Positions 14,625 to 26,279 are shown, counted from the first letter of the stretch. The stretch is DNA of 64,000 nucleotides from a bacterium (GCA_965203885.1 OZ241920.1:3231970-3295969); one strand, 5' to 3'. Notes: generated from the sequence alone by a model not told the origin. Translations and numbers: made by a program.

Positions 14625-17600
14625 ATGCTCAACGACCTCTTCCATCCCGCCGTGGCCGCCTGGTTCGACGACCGGTTCGAGGAACCGTCCGACATCCAGA
14701 AGCGGGCCTGGCCGGTCATCAAGCAGCGGCAGAACACGCTGATCGCCGCGCCCACGGGTTCGGGCAAGACCCTGGCGGCCTTCCTGTCGTCCATCGACGA
14801 CCTGGTCCGGCAGAGCCAGTACGGAACGCTGCCCGAGGGCACGCAGATCGTCTACGTTTCTCCCCTGAAGGCCCTCAGCAACGACATCCACGCCAACCTG
14901 CAGGTCCCCCTGAAGGGCATCAAGGCGATCCTCAAGGAGCGCGGGAGGCCGGACGCGCCCATCCGCGTCGCGGTGCGCACGGGCGACACGCCCACGAGCG
15001 AGCGGGCCGCCATGACGAAGCATCCGCCCCACATCCTGGTGACGACGCCGGAGAGCCTGTACCTGCTGCTCACGAGCGCGGGCGGGCGGCGGATCCTGCC
15101 GAACGTGCATACCCTCATCATCGACGAGATCCACGCGCTGGTCGGCAACAAGCGCGGATCGCACCTGGCCCTTTCGGTGGAGCGCCTGGAACGGCTCACC
15201 TCCGGCCCGCTCACGCGCATCGGCATCTCGGCAACCCAGAAGCCCATCGACCGGATCGCCCACTTCCTCACCGGCGCGGGCTACGCGAAGGGGAAGGGAT
15301 GCAAGGTCCTCAATACGGGCCACCGGCGCAAACTCGAGCTGAAGATCGAAGTCCCGCGCTCCCCCCTCGGCGCCGTCATGTCGAACGAGGTCTGGGAGGA
15401 GGTGTACGAGCGCCTCGAGGAACTCATCCTGCGGCACCGGACCACGCTGGTCTTCGTCACGACGCGGAGCATGTCGGAGCGGCTGGCCCGCCACCTGAGC
15501 GACCGGCTGGGCGCCGAAAACGTCACCTCCCACCACGGCAGCATGTCGAAGGAGCACCGGCACGACGCCGAGCAGCGGCTGAAAGCGGGCGCGCTGAAGG
15601 CCCTCGTGGCCACGGCCTCCCTGGAACTGGGGATCGACATCGGTTCCGTCGACCTCGTCTGCCAGATCGGCTCCCCCAAGGCCATCGCCACGCTGATCCA
15701 GCGCGTGGGCCGGTCGGGACACACGATCACGGGCACGCCGAAGGGCCGGCTTTTTCCGCTGACGCGGGACGAACTGGTGGAGGCCGCGGCGATCATGGAT
15801 TCGGTGCGGCGGGGCGAACTCGACCGGATCATCATCCCCGAACAGCCGCTGGACGTGCTGGCCCAGCAGATCATCGCCGAGGTGGGTAATAGCGATTTCC
15901 AGGAGGACGACCTGTACCACCTGGTCCGCCGGGCCTACCCGTACAGGAACCTTGCCCGCGAGGAATTCGACGGCGTCGTGGCCATGCTGGCCGAGGGCTA
16001 TACGCCGCGCCGGGGACGCAAGCACGCTTACATCCAGCGGGACCTGATGCACGGGGCGGTCAAGGGCCGCAGGGGGGCGCGGATCAACGCCCTCATGTCG
16101 GGCGGGACGATCCCGGACCAGTTCGACTACGACGTGATCATGGAGCCCACGGAGACCTTCATCGGCACGCTGAACGAGGACTTCGCCATCGAGAGCACGG
16201 CCGGGGACATCGTGCAGCTGGGGAACAACTCGTGGCGGATCCTGCGCGTGGAAAAGGGCAAGATCCGGGTCGAGGACGCCCAGGGCCTGCCGCCCACCAT
16301 GCCCTTCTGGTTCGGCGAGGCGCCGGGAAGGACGGCGGAGCTTTCCGCTTCGCTGTCGCGGCTGCGGGAAGAGGTGGCGAGCCGGATCGACCTGGGCGCC
16401 GGGGACGGCAGACCGACGGATGGCGACGGATCGGAAGCCGCGATCGGACGCGACGATGGGGCGGGCTCTGAAGCCGCGAACGGTCGCGACGACAGGGCAG
16501 GATCGGCGAACGGGCAGGACGGCGGGAGGAAGCTCGACCCCGATTGGAAGAAAGCGGCCGAAGACTGGCTGATGGAGTCCGCGGGCGTCTCCCACGTGGC
16601 GGCGACGCAGATCGCGGAGTACCTGGGCGCGACCAGGGCGGCCCTCGGCGTCATCCCCTCCCAGAAGGACCTGGTGGCGGAACGGTTCTTCGACGAGGCC
16701 GGCGACATGCACCTCGTGCTCCACAGTCCCTTCGGAAGCCGGGTCAACCGCGCCTGGGGACTGGCCCTGCGCAAGCGGTTCTGCCGGACCTTCAACTTCG
16801 AGCTGCAGGCCGCGGCGAACGAGGATTCCATCATCCTGTCCCTGGGCGCCACCCACAGCTTCCCCCTCGACGACGTCTTCCGCTACCTCAACGCGAAGTC
16901 GGTCCGGGAGGTCCTGGTCCAGGCCCTCCTCGACGCGCCCATGTTCGAGGTGCGCTGGCGCTGGAACGCGTCGACCGCCCTGGCCGTGCTGCGGCGCAGG
17001 GGCGGGGACCGGGTGCCGCCGCAGATACAGCGGTCCGTGGCCGAGGACCTGATCGCCCAGGTGTTTCCCGATCAGATCGCGTGCCTGGAGAACATCGCGG
17101 GCGACCGGGAGGTGCCGGACCATCCCCTGGTCACCCAGACCATCGAGGACTGCCTGCACGAGGCCATGGACGTGTCGTCGCTGGAGGCTGTGCTGAAGGC
17201 GATGAAGGCCGGGGAAATGAACGTGCACGCGCGGGACCTGCGCGAGCCCTCGCCCATGGCCGAGGAGATCCTCAACGCCCGGCCCTATGCCTTCCTGGAC
17301 GACGCGCCCCTCGAGGAGCGGCGGACCAACGCCGTCCGGAACCGCCGCTGGCTCGACCCCGCGGTCGCGGGCGACCTGGGACGCCTGGACCCGGAGGCCA
17401 TCGACACCGTCCGGGGCGACGCCTGGCCCGAGGTGCGGAGTCCCGACGAACTCCATGACGCCCTCGTGCTTGCGGGGTACGTCACGGAAGAAGAGGGAAA
17501 GAAGGGCGATCAGTACGGAGGCTGGACGGACTACTACGCCGTGCTGGAGAGCGACCGGCGGGCCGCGACGCTCGTGACGGAGGGCGGGAAGCGCCTCTGG

Positions 17601-19271
17601 GCGCCCCTGGAGCGGCGCATCCATTTCGAACGGGTGCATCCCCGGGGTCGGTTCGAGCCGGCGGAGGAAATCCCGGCCGAGGTGAGACGCAACCTGGAGA
17701 AGAGTTTTCAGTCCGCAACCGGCGCGTCCGCTACTGACGGTGCGGCTGCTGCGACCACCGAGGCCGATGCATCGGACGGTGCGACCAGTGCATCGGTCGC
17801 CGCGTCTGACGGCGCGTCCGGCCCTGACGCGTCCGCAACGGAAGAGGCCGCGCTGGTGGAACTGATGCGGGGGAGGCTGGAGACCCTGGGACCGGTCACG
17901 GCGGCCGGGCTGGCCGCGTCCATCGATCTGCCGGTGGGCAGGATCGAACAGGCGCTGTCCGCGCTGGAGCACGAGGGATTCGTCTTCAGGGGACAGTTCT
18001 CGCCGGACGCGGACGGGCTGGAATGGTGCGAGCGGCGGCTCCTGGCGCGGATCCACCGCTTCACGATCACGAGGCTCCGCCGGGAGATCCAGCCCGTTTC
18101 ACCCGCCGACTTCATGCAGTTCCTTTTTACCTGGCATCACCTGGCGCCCGATACCCGGCTGAAGGGGCCCGACGCCGTGACTGCGGTGCTGCGCATGCTC
18201 GAAGGCGTGGAAGCGCCGGCGGCGGCGTGGGAGAGCGAGATCCTGCCTTCCCGCGTTTCCGACTACGACTATGCCTGGCTCGACAACCTGTGCCTCTCCG
18301 GCAAGTACGCCTGGGGGCGGCTCCGTCCCCACCGTTCGAACGGCGAGAACGGGAAGACGGCCGGTCCGATCCGGACGACGCCCATCGCCATCGTGGACCG
18401 GATGAACCGGTCGCTGTGGATGTCCCTGAGCGGCGTAACCGGCGAGGAAGACCTTCCCCTGTCCACCTACGCGAAGACGGTCCTGGACCTGATGACCCGG
18501 CAGGGCGCGGTGTTCTTCGACGACATCGTCGCGCAGGCGGGGATCCTGCGCACCCACGCCGAGGAGGCCGTGGCGGAGCTGGTCTCGGCGGGCATGGCGA
18601 CCTCCGACAGTTTCGCGGGACTCAGGGCCCTGCTGGCGCCGACGCGTCACCGGGAGTCCCGGCGGGGACGGGAACGGGTCAATCCCTTCGACCTGTCGAC
18701 GGCGGGACGGTGGGGGCTGACTTCAAGGACCCCGGAGGAAGGCCGCGGGGAGGAGGATCTCGAGGCCTACGCCCGCGTCGCCCTGGCCCGGTACGGCGTG
18801 GTGTTCCGGCGGCTCACGGAACGGGAGAACGCCTCGCCGCCGTGGCGGGACCTGGTGCGGGTGCTGCGACGCATGGAAGCCCGGGGAGAGATCCGCGGCG
18901 GCCGGTTCGTGAACGGCGTCTGGGGCGAGCAGTACGCCCTGGGCGAGGCCGTCACCCTCTTGCGAAGCATCCGCCGGAAAGAGAAGCAGGGCACGCTCGT
19001 CGCCATCAGCGCGGCCGACCCGCTGAACCTGGTCGGGATCATCACCCCCGGCAGGCGCATTCCCGGGATCACGAACAACCGGATCCTCTACCGGGACGGC
19101 GAACCGATCCTGATCATGGAAGGCGGCGAAATCAGGGAGGCGTCCCCGGTGGCGGCCGAAGAACAGTGGGCCTTGCGGCAGGAACTGGTCAAGCGGGAGT
19201 TCCCGCCGAAGCTGAAGGCCTATCTGAGCGGCCGGCGCCCCCGGGAAAAGACCGCCGCGCAAAAGTCCTGA
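14625..19271 (+). CDS. lhr: Lhr-family large ATP-dependent DEAD/DEAH-box helicase
   Basis: 1548 aa. N-terminal motifs [24 protein letters not shown]. Overall length and architecture match Lhr. Carries acidic/Gly low-complexity insertions. Confidence 0.85.
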   Translation: MLNDLFHPAVAAWFDDRFEEPSDIQKRAWPVIKQRQNTLIAAPTGSGKTLAAFLSSIDDLVRQSQYGTLPEGTQIVYVSPLKALSNDIHANLQVPLKGIKAILKERGRPDAPIRVAVRTGDTPTSERAAMTKHPPHILVTTPESLYLLLTSAGGRRILPNVHTLIIDEIHALVGNKRGSHLALSVERLERLTSGPLTRIGISATQKPIDRIAHFLTGAGYAKGKGCKVLNTGHRRKLELKIEVPRSPLGAVMSNEVWEEVYERLEELILRHRTTLVFVTTRSMSERLARHLSDRLGAENVTSHHGSMSKEHRHDAEQRLKAGALKALVATASLELGIDIGSVDLVCQIGSPKAIATLIQRVGRSGHTITGTPKGRLFPLTRDELVEAAAIMDSVRRGELDRIIIPEQPLDVLAQQIIAEVGNSDFQEDDLYHLVRRAYPYRNLAREEFDGVVAMLAEGYTPRRGRKHAYIQRDLMHGAVKGRRGARINALMSGGTIPDQFDYDVIMEPTETFIGTLNEDFAIESTAGDIVQLGNNSWRILRVEKGKIRVEDAQGLPPTMPFWFGEAPGRTAELSASLSRLREEVASRIDLGAGDGRPTDGDGSEAAIGRDDGAGSEAANGRDDRAGSANGQDGGRKLDPDWKKAAEDWLMESAGVSHVAATQIAEYLGATRAALGVIPSQKDLVAERFFDEAGDMHLVLHSPFGSRVNRAWGLALRKRFCRTFNFELQAAANEDSIILSLGATHSFPLDDVFRYLNAKSVREVLVQALLDAPMFEVRWRWNASTALAVLRRRGGDRVPPQIQRSVAEDLIAQVFPDQIACLENIAGDREVPDHPLVTQTIEDCLHEAMDVSSLEAVLKAMKAGEMNVHARDLREPSPMAEEILNARPYAFLDDAPLEERRTNAVRNRRWLDPAVAGDLGRLDPEAIDTVRGDAWPEVRSPDELHDALVLAGYVTEEEGKKGDQYGGWTDYYAVLESDRRAATLVTEGGKRLWAPLERRIHFERVHPRGRFEPAEEIPAEVRRNLEKSFQSATGASATDGAAAATTEADASDGATSASVAASDGASGPDASATEEAALVELMRGRLETLGPVTAAGLAASIDLPVGRIEQALSALEHEGFVFRGQFSPDADGLEWCERRLLARIHRFTITRLRREIQPVSPADFMQFLFTWHHLAPDTRLKGPDAVTAVLRMLEGVEAPAAAWESEILPSRVSDYDYAWLDNLCLSGKYAWGRLRPHRSNGENGKTAGPIRTTPIAIVDRMNRSLWMSLSGVTGEEDLPLSTYAKTVLDLMTRQGAVFFDDIVAQAGILRTHAEEAVAELVSAGMATSDSFAGLRALLAPTRHRESRRGRERVNPFDLSTAGRWGLTSRTPEEGRGEEDLEAYARVALARYGVVFRRLTERENASPPWRDLVRVLRRMEARGEIRGGRFVNGVWGEQYALGEAVTLLRSIRRKEKQGTLVAISAADPLNLVGIITPGRRIPGITNNRILYRDGEPILIMEGGEIREASPVAAEEQWALRQELVKREFPPKLKAYLSGRRPREKTAAQKS

Positions 19272-19387
19272 CGCGCGCGGAATGCGCGCGGAATGCGGAC
19301 CGGCGTCCAGATGCCCGGGCGCTCGATCTTCTTATTTCAAATGAGCACGCTTTCAAAGGCTGCTAAGGCCCGTCTGGGACGGCTAGC

Positions 19388-20023
19388 ATGAAGAAGATCG
19401 TCATCGTCCTGCTGGCCGTCGGGGTCTCGCTGCCGGCCGCCGGCAGGAGTTTCGCCCAGGTCGCGGAAAAGCGCATGTCGATCAGCCTGGGCGGCGGGAG
19501 AAGCATCCCCACGGGCGGTTTCGCCGACGGCAAATCAACGGGGTCGCTGTTCCTCCTGGGGGTTACCGTACGGGTTTCCAGATCCGTCCATCTCGCCTTC
19601 AACGGCTACGACAACCTCCTGTCCGTAGCGCGCGGCCAACACGACCGGGACCGCCTCAACGACGAAGCGCTGCAGCGGCTCGGACCCCACGTGGATGCCA
19701 ATATGAGCCTGGAAGGCGGCAATTTCGGATTGATGCTGAAAACCTCCACGTCCCCGGCGCGCTTCTACGGGGTGGGCGGCATCGGCTACTCCAGGGTGAT
19801 CGACCGGTTCTTCGGCACCGTGAACGGCACAAAGCTGACCGCCTTCAGCGCGGAGTCCTCTTTCAGCATCCTCCTGGGCGGCGGCGTGCACGTACCGATG
19901 ACGTCAACGGTCGGACTGGCGCTGGACGTCCGGTACATTCGCGCCTTCAACGACCGCAACGTCCAGTGGGTTCCGGTCGCCTTGTCCGTCGTCTTCAATT
20001 TCTGGAAGGTAGAACCGGACTAG
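19388..20023 (+). CDS. Outer-membrane beta-barrel protein (small OmpA-like/OmpW-like barrel family)
   Basis: Signal peptide MKKIVIVLLAVGVSLPAAGRSFA-QV and alternating amphipathic beta strands. Confidence 0.5.
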   Translation: MKKIVIVLLAVGVSLPAAGRSFAQVAEKRMSISLGGGRSIPTGGFADGKSTGSLFLLGVTVRVSRSVHLAFNGYDNLLSVARGQHDRDRLNDEALQRLGPHVDANMSLEGGNFGLMLKTSTSPARFYGVGGIGYSRVIDRFFGTVNGTKLTAFSAESSFSILLGGGVHVPMTSTVGLALDVRYIRAFNDRNVQWVPVALSVVFNFWKVEPD

Positions 20024-20164
20024 ACCCTTATTCCGGTGTCGGACTTTCTTCCCAGCCGCGCTTCCGTGCCGATGGAACCTCCCGCCTGGGCTTGCCTCGC
20101 AAACTTGAGGCGCGCTTCCGTGCCGGCCTGTCCCGGCATACCTTCTGAATCCAGGCAGACCCCA

Positions 20165-21151
20165 TCAATTCAGCGCTTTGGATGCTTCAACCAACTCCGC
20201 GGGCGAGGCCGTTCCCGTGACACCCAGCTGACGGACGGTGACCGAGGCGGCGAGGTTGCCGATCAGCCCGCCCTCCAGGTGCGTCGCGCCGGCCGCCAAC
20301 GAGGCCACAATCCCTGCCGTTACGCTGTCCCCGGCCCCCACGGGATCCACGGGTCCCGGGACGGGTATGCCGGGCACGTGCCGGCGGCCTTCCCCGTCGA
20401 TCAGCAGCAGGCCGTCCGCGCCGAGGGTGACGTACACCGGCCGCGCCGGTCCTTCGCCGGCAACGGTTCCTTGTTCGGAGGCCACTCCGCCCAACTCGTC
20501 CCGGTTGCCCTTGCGGATGACGTGGCGGAATGCGCCGATCCGTTCGCGCGAGTCCGCCAGGATGACCTTGTCGGGATGGGTCCGGCCCAGCTCGCCGATC
20601 GCTTCCCGAACCCGGTCCGTGACGACGCCGGTGTTCCGCGCGCCCACCTGGTCCAGGACGGCCACGCCGTCCATCGTCGGCGCCATGTCCCGTAGGCAGG
20701 CGATGATCCGGTCCTCCAGGCCCCGCGGGGTGGGTGACCGGTTCTGTATATCCATGCGGTTCGATTCCCGTTCTCCGCCCGCCTCGCGGTGCATGGGCTT
20801 GATGTAGGTCGGGGTGAACCGGTCCGGCGATTCGATCAGGGCGTCCAGGCGGACCCCCATCGCGGCCAGCCCCCGCCGGAGCTCGTAGCCCTCCCCGTCG
20901 TCCCCCGTGATCCCCAGGGCATGCAGGCGCCCGACGCCCAGCGCGCGCAGGTTGGCCGCGACCGTGCCGGCGGCTCCCGGCATGCAACGCCGGGCCACGA
21001 CCTGGCGGGCGGCCAGCCCCGTCTCCAGGGACGGTTCGTCCAGTCCCGGATCGAGGACCAGGTACTTGTCCAGGAAGAAGTCGCCCACGACCAGGATGGA
21101 CAGGCCGGAGAAGCGGGACAGCAGGGTTTCGAGTCGGTCCGGCGTCATCAT
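20165..21151 (-). CDS. PfkB-family sugar kinase resembling HldE/RfaE domain I (heptose-7-phosphate kinase-like)
   Basis: ILVVGDFFLDKY ... GAAGTVAANLRALG ... GAGDSV motifs. Start taken at MMTPD (21151). The track ORF extends to a GTG at 21199 through a duplicated LDARAPLT/LDARAPLM segment. Confidence 0.65.
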   Translation of the reverse strand: MMTPDRLETLLSRFSGLSILVVGDFFLDKYLVLDPGLDEPSLETGLAARQVVARRCMPGAAGTVAANLRALGVGRLHALGITGDDGEGYELRRGLAAMGVRLDALIESPDRFTPTYIKPMHREAGGERESNRMDIQNRSPTPRGLEDRIIACLRDMAPTMDGVAVLDQVGARNTGVVTDRVREAIGELGRTHPDKVILADSRERIGAFRHVIRKGNRDELGGVASEQGTVAGEGPARPVYVTLGADGLLLIDGEGRRHVPGIPVPGPVDPVGAGDSVTAGIVASLAAGATHLEGGLIGNLAASVTVRQLGVTGTASPAELVEASKALN

Positions 21152-21198
21152 GAGCGGAGCCCGCGCGTCGAGCGTGAGTGGGGCCCGCGCGTCGAGCA

Positions 21199-21279
21199 CG
21201 GGGACAGTTCCGCCCGGCTGAGGAACGGGGACAGGCCCGCCCGGCTGCGGAACGGGGACAGCTTCGCCCGGCTGAGGAA
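21199..21279. repeat. Three tandem 27-bp repeats (GGGGACAGNNCGCCCGGCTGAGGAAC), preceded by a 24-bp x2 duplication (21151-21198)
   Basis: Seen directly in the divergent region between the PfkB kinase and the first ABC transporter. Confidence 0.8.
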
Positions 21280-21663
21280 CGGGGGTGGGGACACGGGTTC
21301 AGTTCGTCGTTTCATGGTGAAGATATGGACGAGATCGGTTCGAGGTTTGGGCGTGAAATATTGAAAAGATCCGATCTCACGCAATGTACGGCTCGTCGTA
21401 CGTAAATCAAAGTATATACAGTAAATAAACGTATTCGGCACGTACCTTTTCCTTGATTTTCAGGCCGCGGAAGTGTACATTTGCGAATCTGATCGCACCG
21501 CGGATTCCTCATGCTGAACCGCGGTTTCCTCGCGCCGCCTCGACGCCCCAATCCGCACTCGCAATCGGCAGGCTTACGGGTGCATCCACTTTATTGATAT
21601 ATGACTGGTCCCGTTCATTCCGCACGACGGCACGCCCCGCAGCATAGTCCCAAAGGACGCTCC

Positions 21664-23865
21664 ATGCGCCTGGCCGATCCCCTGCCGGATCAGATTCAGA
21701 AGAAAATCTACCCCGTACTGGAGCCCAACGAAGAAATCCACATCACGCTGGAATCGGACATGGACGCGAGGGGCCGGTTCGAGCCTTCGTGGCTCATCGT
21801 GACCGACCGCCGGGTCATGGCCCTGGAACTGAACGGCTCGGGCGACGACATCGCCGTCCCGCTTTCGGACCTGACCAGGGTGGCCGTGGAACCCCTGGTC
21901 GGCGGGTCCCGCCTGGAAGTCTCCACGGCCGAAGACACCATCCCGCTCATCCAGTATTCCCAGAGCCGGGTCGACCTCTTCAATGAGGCGCAGCGGGGCA
22001 TCGAGCAGCACATCGAAGAAAAGCCGTTCCAGGTCAAGACGGAGTTCCCGCGGGTGGTCTGCGAGACCTGCGGCCGGCGCCTGCCCACGAAGGACGGGCT
22101 GTGTCCGGCCTGCGTCAGCAAGTGGGGCATGCTCAAGCGGATCTGCTCCTACCTGGGCGCCCACCGGGGCAAGGCCGTCATCATGGTGGCGCTGTTCGCC
22201 GTGCTCAGCGTGGCGGAGCTCCTCCCGCCCAAGATCACGCAGCTCATCATCGACGACGCCTTCGCGAACGGGGACACGGAGCTCCTGTTCTGGCTGGTCG
22301 CGGTCATGGGCGTCCTGCTCGTCGTCCGGTGGCTGGGCGAGATGGCGAACGGCTGGCTGACGGCCTGGGTGGGCGCCCGCGTGGTGGCGGACATCCGGGC
22401 CCAGGTGTACCACCACGTGGAATACCTATCGCTTGGATTCCACGACAAGCAGAAGACGGGCGGCCTGCTTTCGCGGGTAACGCGGGACACCCGGAACGTG
22501 CGCAGCTTCCTGGTGGACGGCCTGCCCTTCCTCGTCCTCCGCTGGCTGACGACGCTCGGGATCATCGGCATGCTGTTTTATACCAACTGGGTGCTCACGC
22601 TGTACATCCTGATCCCCGTCCCGCTCATCGTCATATGGGGCCGGGTACTGTATAAGAGACTGCGGGTCTACTACACCCGTATGTGGCGCCAGTGGGAAGG
22701 GTTCTTCACCCACATCCAGGAGTCCCTTTCGGGGATCCGCATCGTCAAGGCCTTCGCCCAGGAAAACAGGGAAGTCGGCCGGTTCAGGCGCAACGCGCGG
22801 GACATGTTCGCCCTGGAATACTGGACCGAGAAGCAGTGGATCTACTACTTCTCCACCATGGGCCTGCTGAACTTCCTGGGCTTCATCGTGGTCTGGCTGG
22901 TGGGCGGCAGGCAGGTGCTCGGGCAGGAGCTCACCACGGGCGAACTGATCATGTTCTACTTCTATTTGCACATGTTCTACGGACCGCTGCGCTGGCTCGG
23001 CCGGGTCAACAGCTGGATGACCCGGGCGATGAGCGCCGCCGAGCGGGTCTTCGAGCTCATCGACATGGAGCCGGAGAATTACGAGGACCGGAACGCGAGG
23101 CCGATGCCGGGCACCCGGGGCGAGATCGTCTTCGAGAACGTGACGTTCGGCTATGACGCCGCGCTGCCGGTGCTCCGGGACGTCAATCTCCATATCCGGC
23201 CCGGCGAGATGATCGGACTGGTCGGCAAGTCGGGCGCCGGGAAGAGCACGACCATCAATCTCATCTGCCGGTTCTACGATGTGAATTACGGTTCGATCAC
23301 CCTGGACGGCGTGGACCTGCGGGACATCCGGCTCGAGGACCTGCGGGGCCACATCGGCGTCGTCCTGCAGGAACCGATCCTCTTCAACGGCACGATCCGG
23401 GAGAACATCGCCTACGGGAAGCCCGCCGCGAGTTTCGAGGATATCATGACGGCGGCCCGCGCGGCCAACGCCCACAACTTCATCCTCGCGAAGCCCGACG
23501 GATACGACACGATCCTCGGGGACAAGGGCAACGGACTGTCGGGCGGCGAGAAGCAGCGCGTCTCCATCGCCCGGGCGATCCTCCACGACCCCCGCATCCT
23601 GATCCTGGACGAGGCGACTTCCTCGGTGGACGCCGAGACGGAGAAACAGCTCCAGGAAGCCATCGCCCGGTTGATCAAGGGACGTACGACGATCGCCATC
23701 GCCCACCGCCTGTCCACGCTGCGGGACGCCGACCGGCTCGTGGTGCTGGAGCAGGGAAGGGTCGTCGAGGAAGGCACCCACGAGGAACTGATCGCGAACC
23801 GCGGCCATTTCCATCACCTGGTGCGGTTGCAGAAAGCGACCTCCGAGATCATGGAGGTGGCCTGA
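21664..23865 (+). CDS. ABC exporter (fused permease plus ATPase) with an N-terminal cytoplasmic PH-like domain and a CxxC...CxxC zinc ribbon
   Basis: N-terminal about 180 aa (WLIVTDRRVMALEL...; CETCGRRLPTKDGLCPAC), six TM helices, then Walker A GKSGAGKST, signature LSGGEKQR and Walker B ILILDEATS. Start at MRLADP. Confidence 0.85.
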   Translation: MRLADPLPDQIQKKIYPVLEPNEEIHITLESDMDARGRFEPSWLIVTDRRVMALELNGSGDDIAVPLSDLTRVAVEPLVGGSRLEVSTAEDTIPLIQYSQSRVDLFNEAQRGIEQHIEEKPFQVKTEFPRVVCETCGRRLPTKDGLCPACVSKWGMLKRICSYLGAHRGKAVIMVALFAVLSVAELLPPKITQLIIDDAFANGDTELLFWLVAVMGVLLVVRWLGEMANGWLTAWVGARVVADIRAQVYHHVEYLSLGFHDKQKTGGLLSRVTRDTRNVRSFLVDGLPFLVLRWLTTLGIIGMLFYTNWVLTLYILIPVPLIVIWGRVLYKRLRVYYTRMWRQWEGFFTHIQESLSGIRIVKAFAQENREVGRFRRNARDMFALEYWTEKQWIYYFSTMGLLNFLGFIVVWLVGGRQVLGQELTTGELIMFYFYLHMFYGPLRWLGRVNSWMTRAMSAAERVFELIDMEPENYEDRNARPMPGTRGEIVFENVTFGYDAALPVLRDVNLHIRPGEMIGLVGKSGAGKSTTINLICRFYDVNYGSITLDGVDLRDIRLEDLRGHIGVVLQEPILFNGTIRENIAYGKPAASFEDIMTAARAANAHNFILAKPDGYDTILGDKGNGLSGGEKQRVSIARAILHDPRILILDEATSSVDAETEKQLQEAIARLIKGRTTIAIAHRLSTLRDADRLVVLEQGRVVEEGTHEELIANRGHFHHLVRLQKATSEIMEVA

Positions 23866-23904
23866 CCGGCGCCGGTTGCCGGATCGGGCGAGGACTGTAA
23901 AGGC

Positions 23905-26265
23905 ATGACGGATACCACGGATACCACGACCACCTACGAAGAGCGGATGCCCGACGCGCTGGCCGGCCGTTGCCGGGAGGCGCTGCGTGAAGGGGAGTCC
24001 GTCCGTATCGCGGCGGCGACCGACCTGACGGAAGACCTGCGGTTCGAGGAACGCTGGCTCGTGGTGACGGACCAGCGCCTGATGCGGTTCGATACGAACG
24101 GGGCGCACGCGGGGGCGGGAGCGGGCGCAGGGTCGCGCGCGGGCAACGGGGACGCGGGCAACGGGAACGCCTCCATCGAGTTCTCCGACGCCAAAAGCGC
24201 CGCCGTGGAAGAACTGGTCGGCTCGGGCCGGATCAACGTGGTGATCGGCAACGAAGAGGTCGAGGTCATCCGCTACACGCCGTCCCAGCGCGCCAAGTTC
24301 GCGCGGATCGCCCGGGGTATCGACCAGCTCATCAAGGAAGAACCGGTCGATATGCAGGGGGAGGTGGACCGCACCCGGTGCGACCAGTGCGGACGCCTTC
24401 TGCCCGAGCCGAACGGGATCTGTTCGGCGTGCACCAACCGGCTCGCGATGATGGCGCGGATCGCCCGGTACGCCCTGCCCTTCAAGGGCCGCCTCGCGCT
24501 CATGGTCTTCCTGTCGCTGCTGTTCACCCTGGCCGAACTCGGTCCGCCCTACATCATGCGGATCATCATCGACGACGTACTGGTCGACCCCGGCGCCGCC
24601 GCGGCCGGGGACGCCGCGGCCGGAGACCCCTTCGCGCTCCTCTACCTGCTCGTCGGCGCCTACGCGGTCATCCGGCTGGTGTCCTTCGTCCTGGAGATCT
24701 TCAAGGACCGGCTCTCCGTCTGGCTCGGCGGCCGCGTGATCGTGTCCGTCCGCGAGGACCTGTACGAGAACCTGTCCCGCCTGGGCATGAAGTTCTACAA
24801 CAAGCGGCAGGTCGGGTCCCTGATCTCGCGGGTATCCAACGACACGGAGAGCATGATGTGGTTCCTGGTCGACGGCGTGCCCTACATCATCACCAACCTT
24901 CTGCTCCTGGCCGGGATCCTGGTCCTGCTTTTCCTGACCAGCTGGCAGCTGACGCTCCTGGTGCTCATCCCCATACCCCTGCTCGTAATCGGAGGGGGAT
25001 TCTTCTGGGTCCGGCTGATCCGGGCCTTCCGTACGAAATACTACCGCTGGGGCAAGCTGGTGGGCATGGCGGGCGAGATGCTCTCCTCGGTGCGCGTCGT
25101 AAAGACCTTCGTCCAGGAAAAGCGGGAGATGCGGCGGTTCAGGAGCAGCAACGAAGGCGTCTTCCAGGGAGATTACGAGAGCGAGAAGGAAGCGGCCGTG
25201 TTCTTCAGCACGGTCAGCATGCTCACTTCGTCGGGACTGATCCTGGTCTGGTTCTACGGGGGATCGGCCGTCATCGACGGGGACTTCACCCCCGGCGCGC
25301 TCATCATGTTCATCGCCTACCTCTGGATGCTGTACGAACCGCTCCGGTGGTTCGGCGAGCTGAACACCTGGTCGAGCCGGGCCATGAGCGGCGCGGAGAA
25401 GGTCTTCGAAATCGTCGACACCGCGGCGGAAACCGAGGACCGGGACGACCCGGTCGAGATGAAGGACATGCGCGGCGAGGTGGAGTTCAGCGACGTGGTC
25501 TTCGCCTACGAGGCGGGCAAGCCCGTACTCCACGACATCAACCTGCACGTGCGGCCCGGCGAGATGATCGGCCTGGTGGGCAAGTCCGGTTCCGGCAAGA
25601 CGACGATGACCAACCTGCTGTGCCGGTTCTACGATATCGACGAGGGCGGCCTGATGATCGACGGCGTGCCGATCCGGGACATCGGCCTGGAGGACCTGCG
25701 AAGGCAGATCGGCGTCGTGCTGCAGGACTCCTACTTCTTCAGCGGCTCCATCGCGGAGAACATCCGGTACAGCAGTCCGGACGCCTCGTTCGATCAGATC
25801 ATGCGGGCGGCCCGGACGGCGAACGCCCACGATTTCATCTGCGCGAAGCCCGACGGCTACGACACGCAGATCGGCGAGAACGGCAAGGAACTGTCGGGGG
25901 GCGAAAAGCAGCGGATCGCCATCGCGCGGGCCATCATCCACGATCCCCGCATCCTGGTCCTGGACGAGGCGACCTCCTCGGTGGACACCCACACGGAGAA
26001 GCTCATCCAGGAGGCCATCGCCAACCTCGTGAAGGGCCGGACGACCTTCGCCATCGCCCACCGGCTGTCGACCCTGCGCAGGGCGGACCGGCTGGTGGTG
26101 CTGGACGCGGGCAAGATCGTGGAGACGGGCACCCACGAGGAACTGCTGGACATGAAAGGCCATTTCTACCGCATGGTCGAGACGCAGCGGGCGAGCACCG
26201 CGGTCCTGGCCGTGGGCGGGGGCAAGAGCGACCCGAACCGTGACGCCAACGGACACACATCGTAA
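23905..26265 (+). CDS. Paralogous ABC exporter with the same N-terminal PH-like plus zinc-ribbon domain
   Basis: WLVVTDQRLMRFD..., CDQCGRLLPEPNGICSAC, GKSGSGKTT, LSGGEKQR, ILVLDEATS. Has a Gly/Ala/Asn low-complexity insert in the N-domain. Confidence 0.85.
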   Translation: MTDTTDTTTTYEERMPDALAGRCREALREGESVRIAAATDLTEDLRFEERWLVVTDQRLMRFDTNGAHAGAGAGAGSRAGNGDAGNGNASIEFSDAKSAAVEELVGSGRINVVIGNEEVEVIRYTPSQRAKFARIARGIDQLIKEEPVDMQGEVDRTRCDQCGRLLPEPNGICSACTNRLAMMARIARYALPFKGRLALMVFLSLLFTLAELGPPYIMRIIIDDVLVDPGAAAAGDAAAGDPFALLYLLVGAYAVIRLVSFVLEIFKDRLSVWLGGRVIVSVREDLYENLSRLGMKFYNKRQVGSLISRVSNDTESMMWFLVDGVPYIITNLLLLAGILVLLFLTSWQLTLLVLIPIPLLVIGGGFFWVRLIRAFRTKYYRWGKLVGMAGEMLSSVRVVKTFVQEKREMRRFRSSNEGVFQGDYESEKEAAVFFSTVSMLTSSGLILVWFYGGSAVIDGDFTPGALIMFIAYLWMLYEPLRWFGELNTWSSRAMSGAEKVFEIVDTAAETEDRDDPVEMKDMRGEVEFSDVVFAYEAGKPVLHDINLHVRPGEMIGLVGKSGSGKTTMTNLLCRFYDIDEGGLMIDGVPIRDIGLEDLRRQIGVVLQDSYFFSGSIAENIRYSSPDASFDQIMRAARTANAHDFICAKPDGYDTQIGENGKELSGGEKQRIAIARAIIHDPRILVLDEATSSVDTHTEKLIQEAIANLVKGRTTFAIAHRLSTLRRADRLVVLDAGKIVETGTHEELLDMKGHFYRMVETQRASTAVLAVGGGKSDPNRDANGHTS

Positions 26266-26279
26266 GCGGGGAGAACGAG

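Noticed and set aside
14562-18056. 1164-aa ORF antisense to lhr. Similar long antisense ORFs are 22426-26256 opposite the ABC genes, 53695-58155 opposite UPF0182/AcpH and 37012-39096 opposite tkt.
   Set aside because: They are Arg/Pro/Gly/Ala-rich with no motifs, which is typical of stop-codon-poor antisense frames in high-GC DNA. The sense-strand genes have clear conserved domains.
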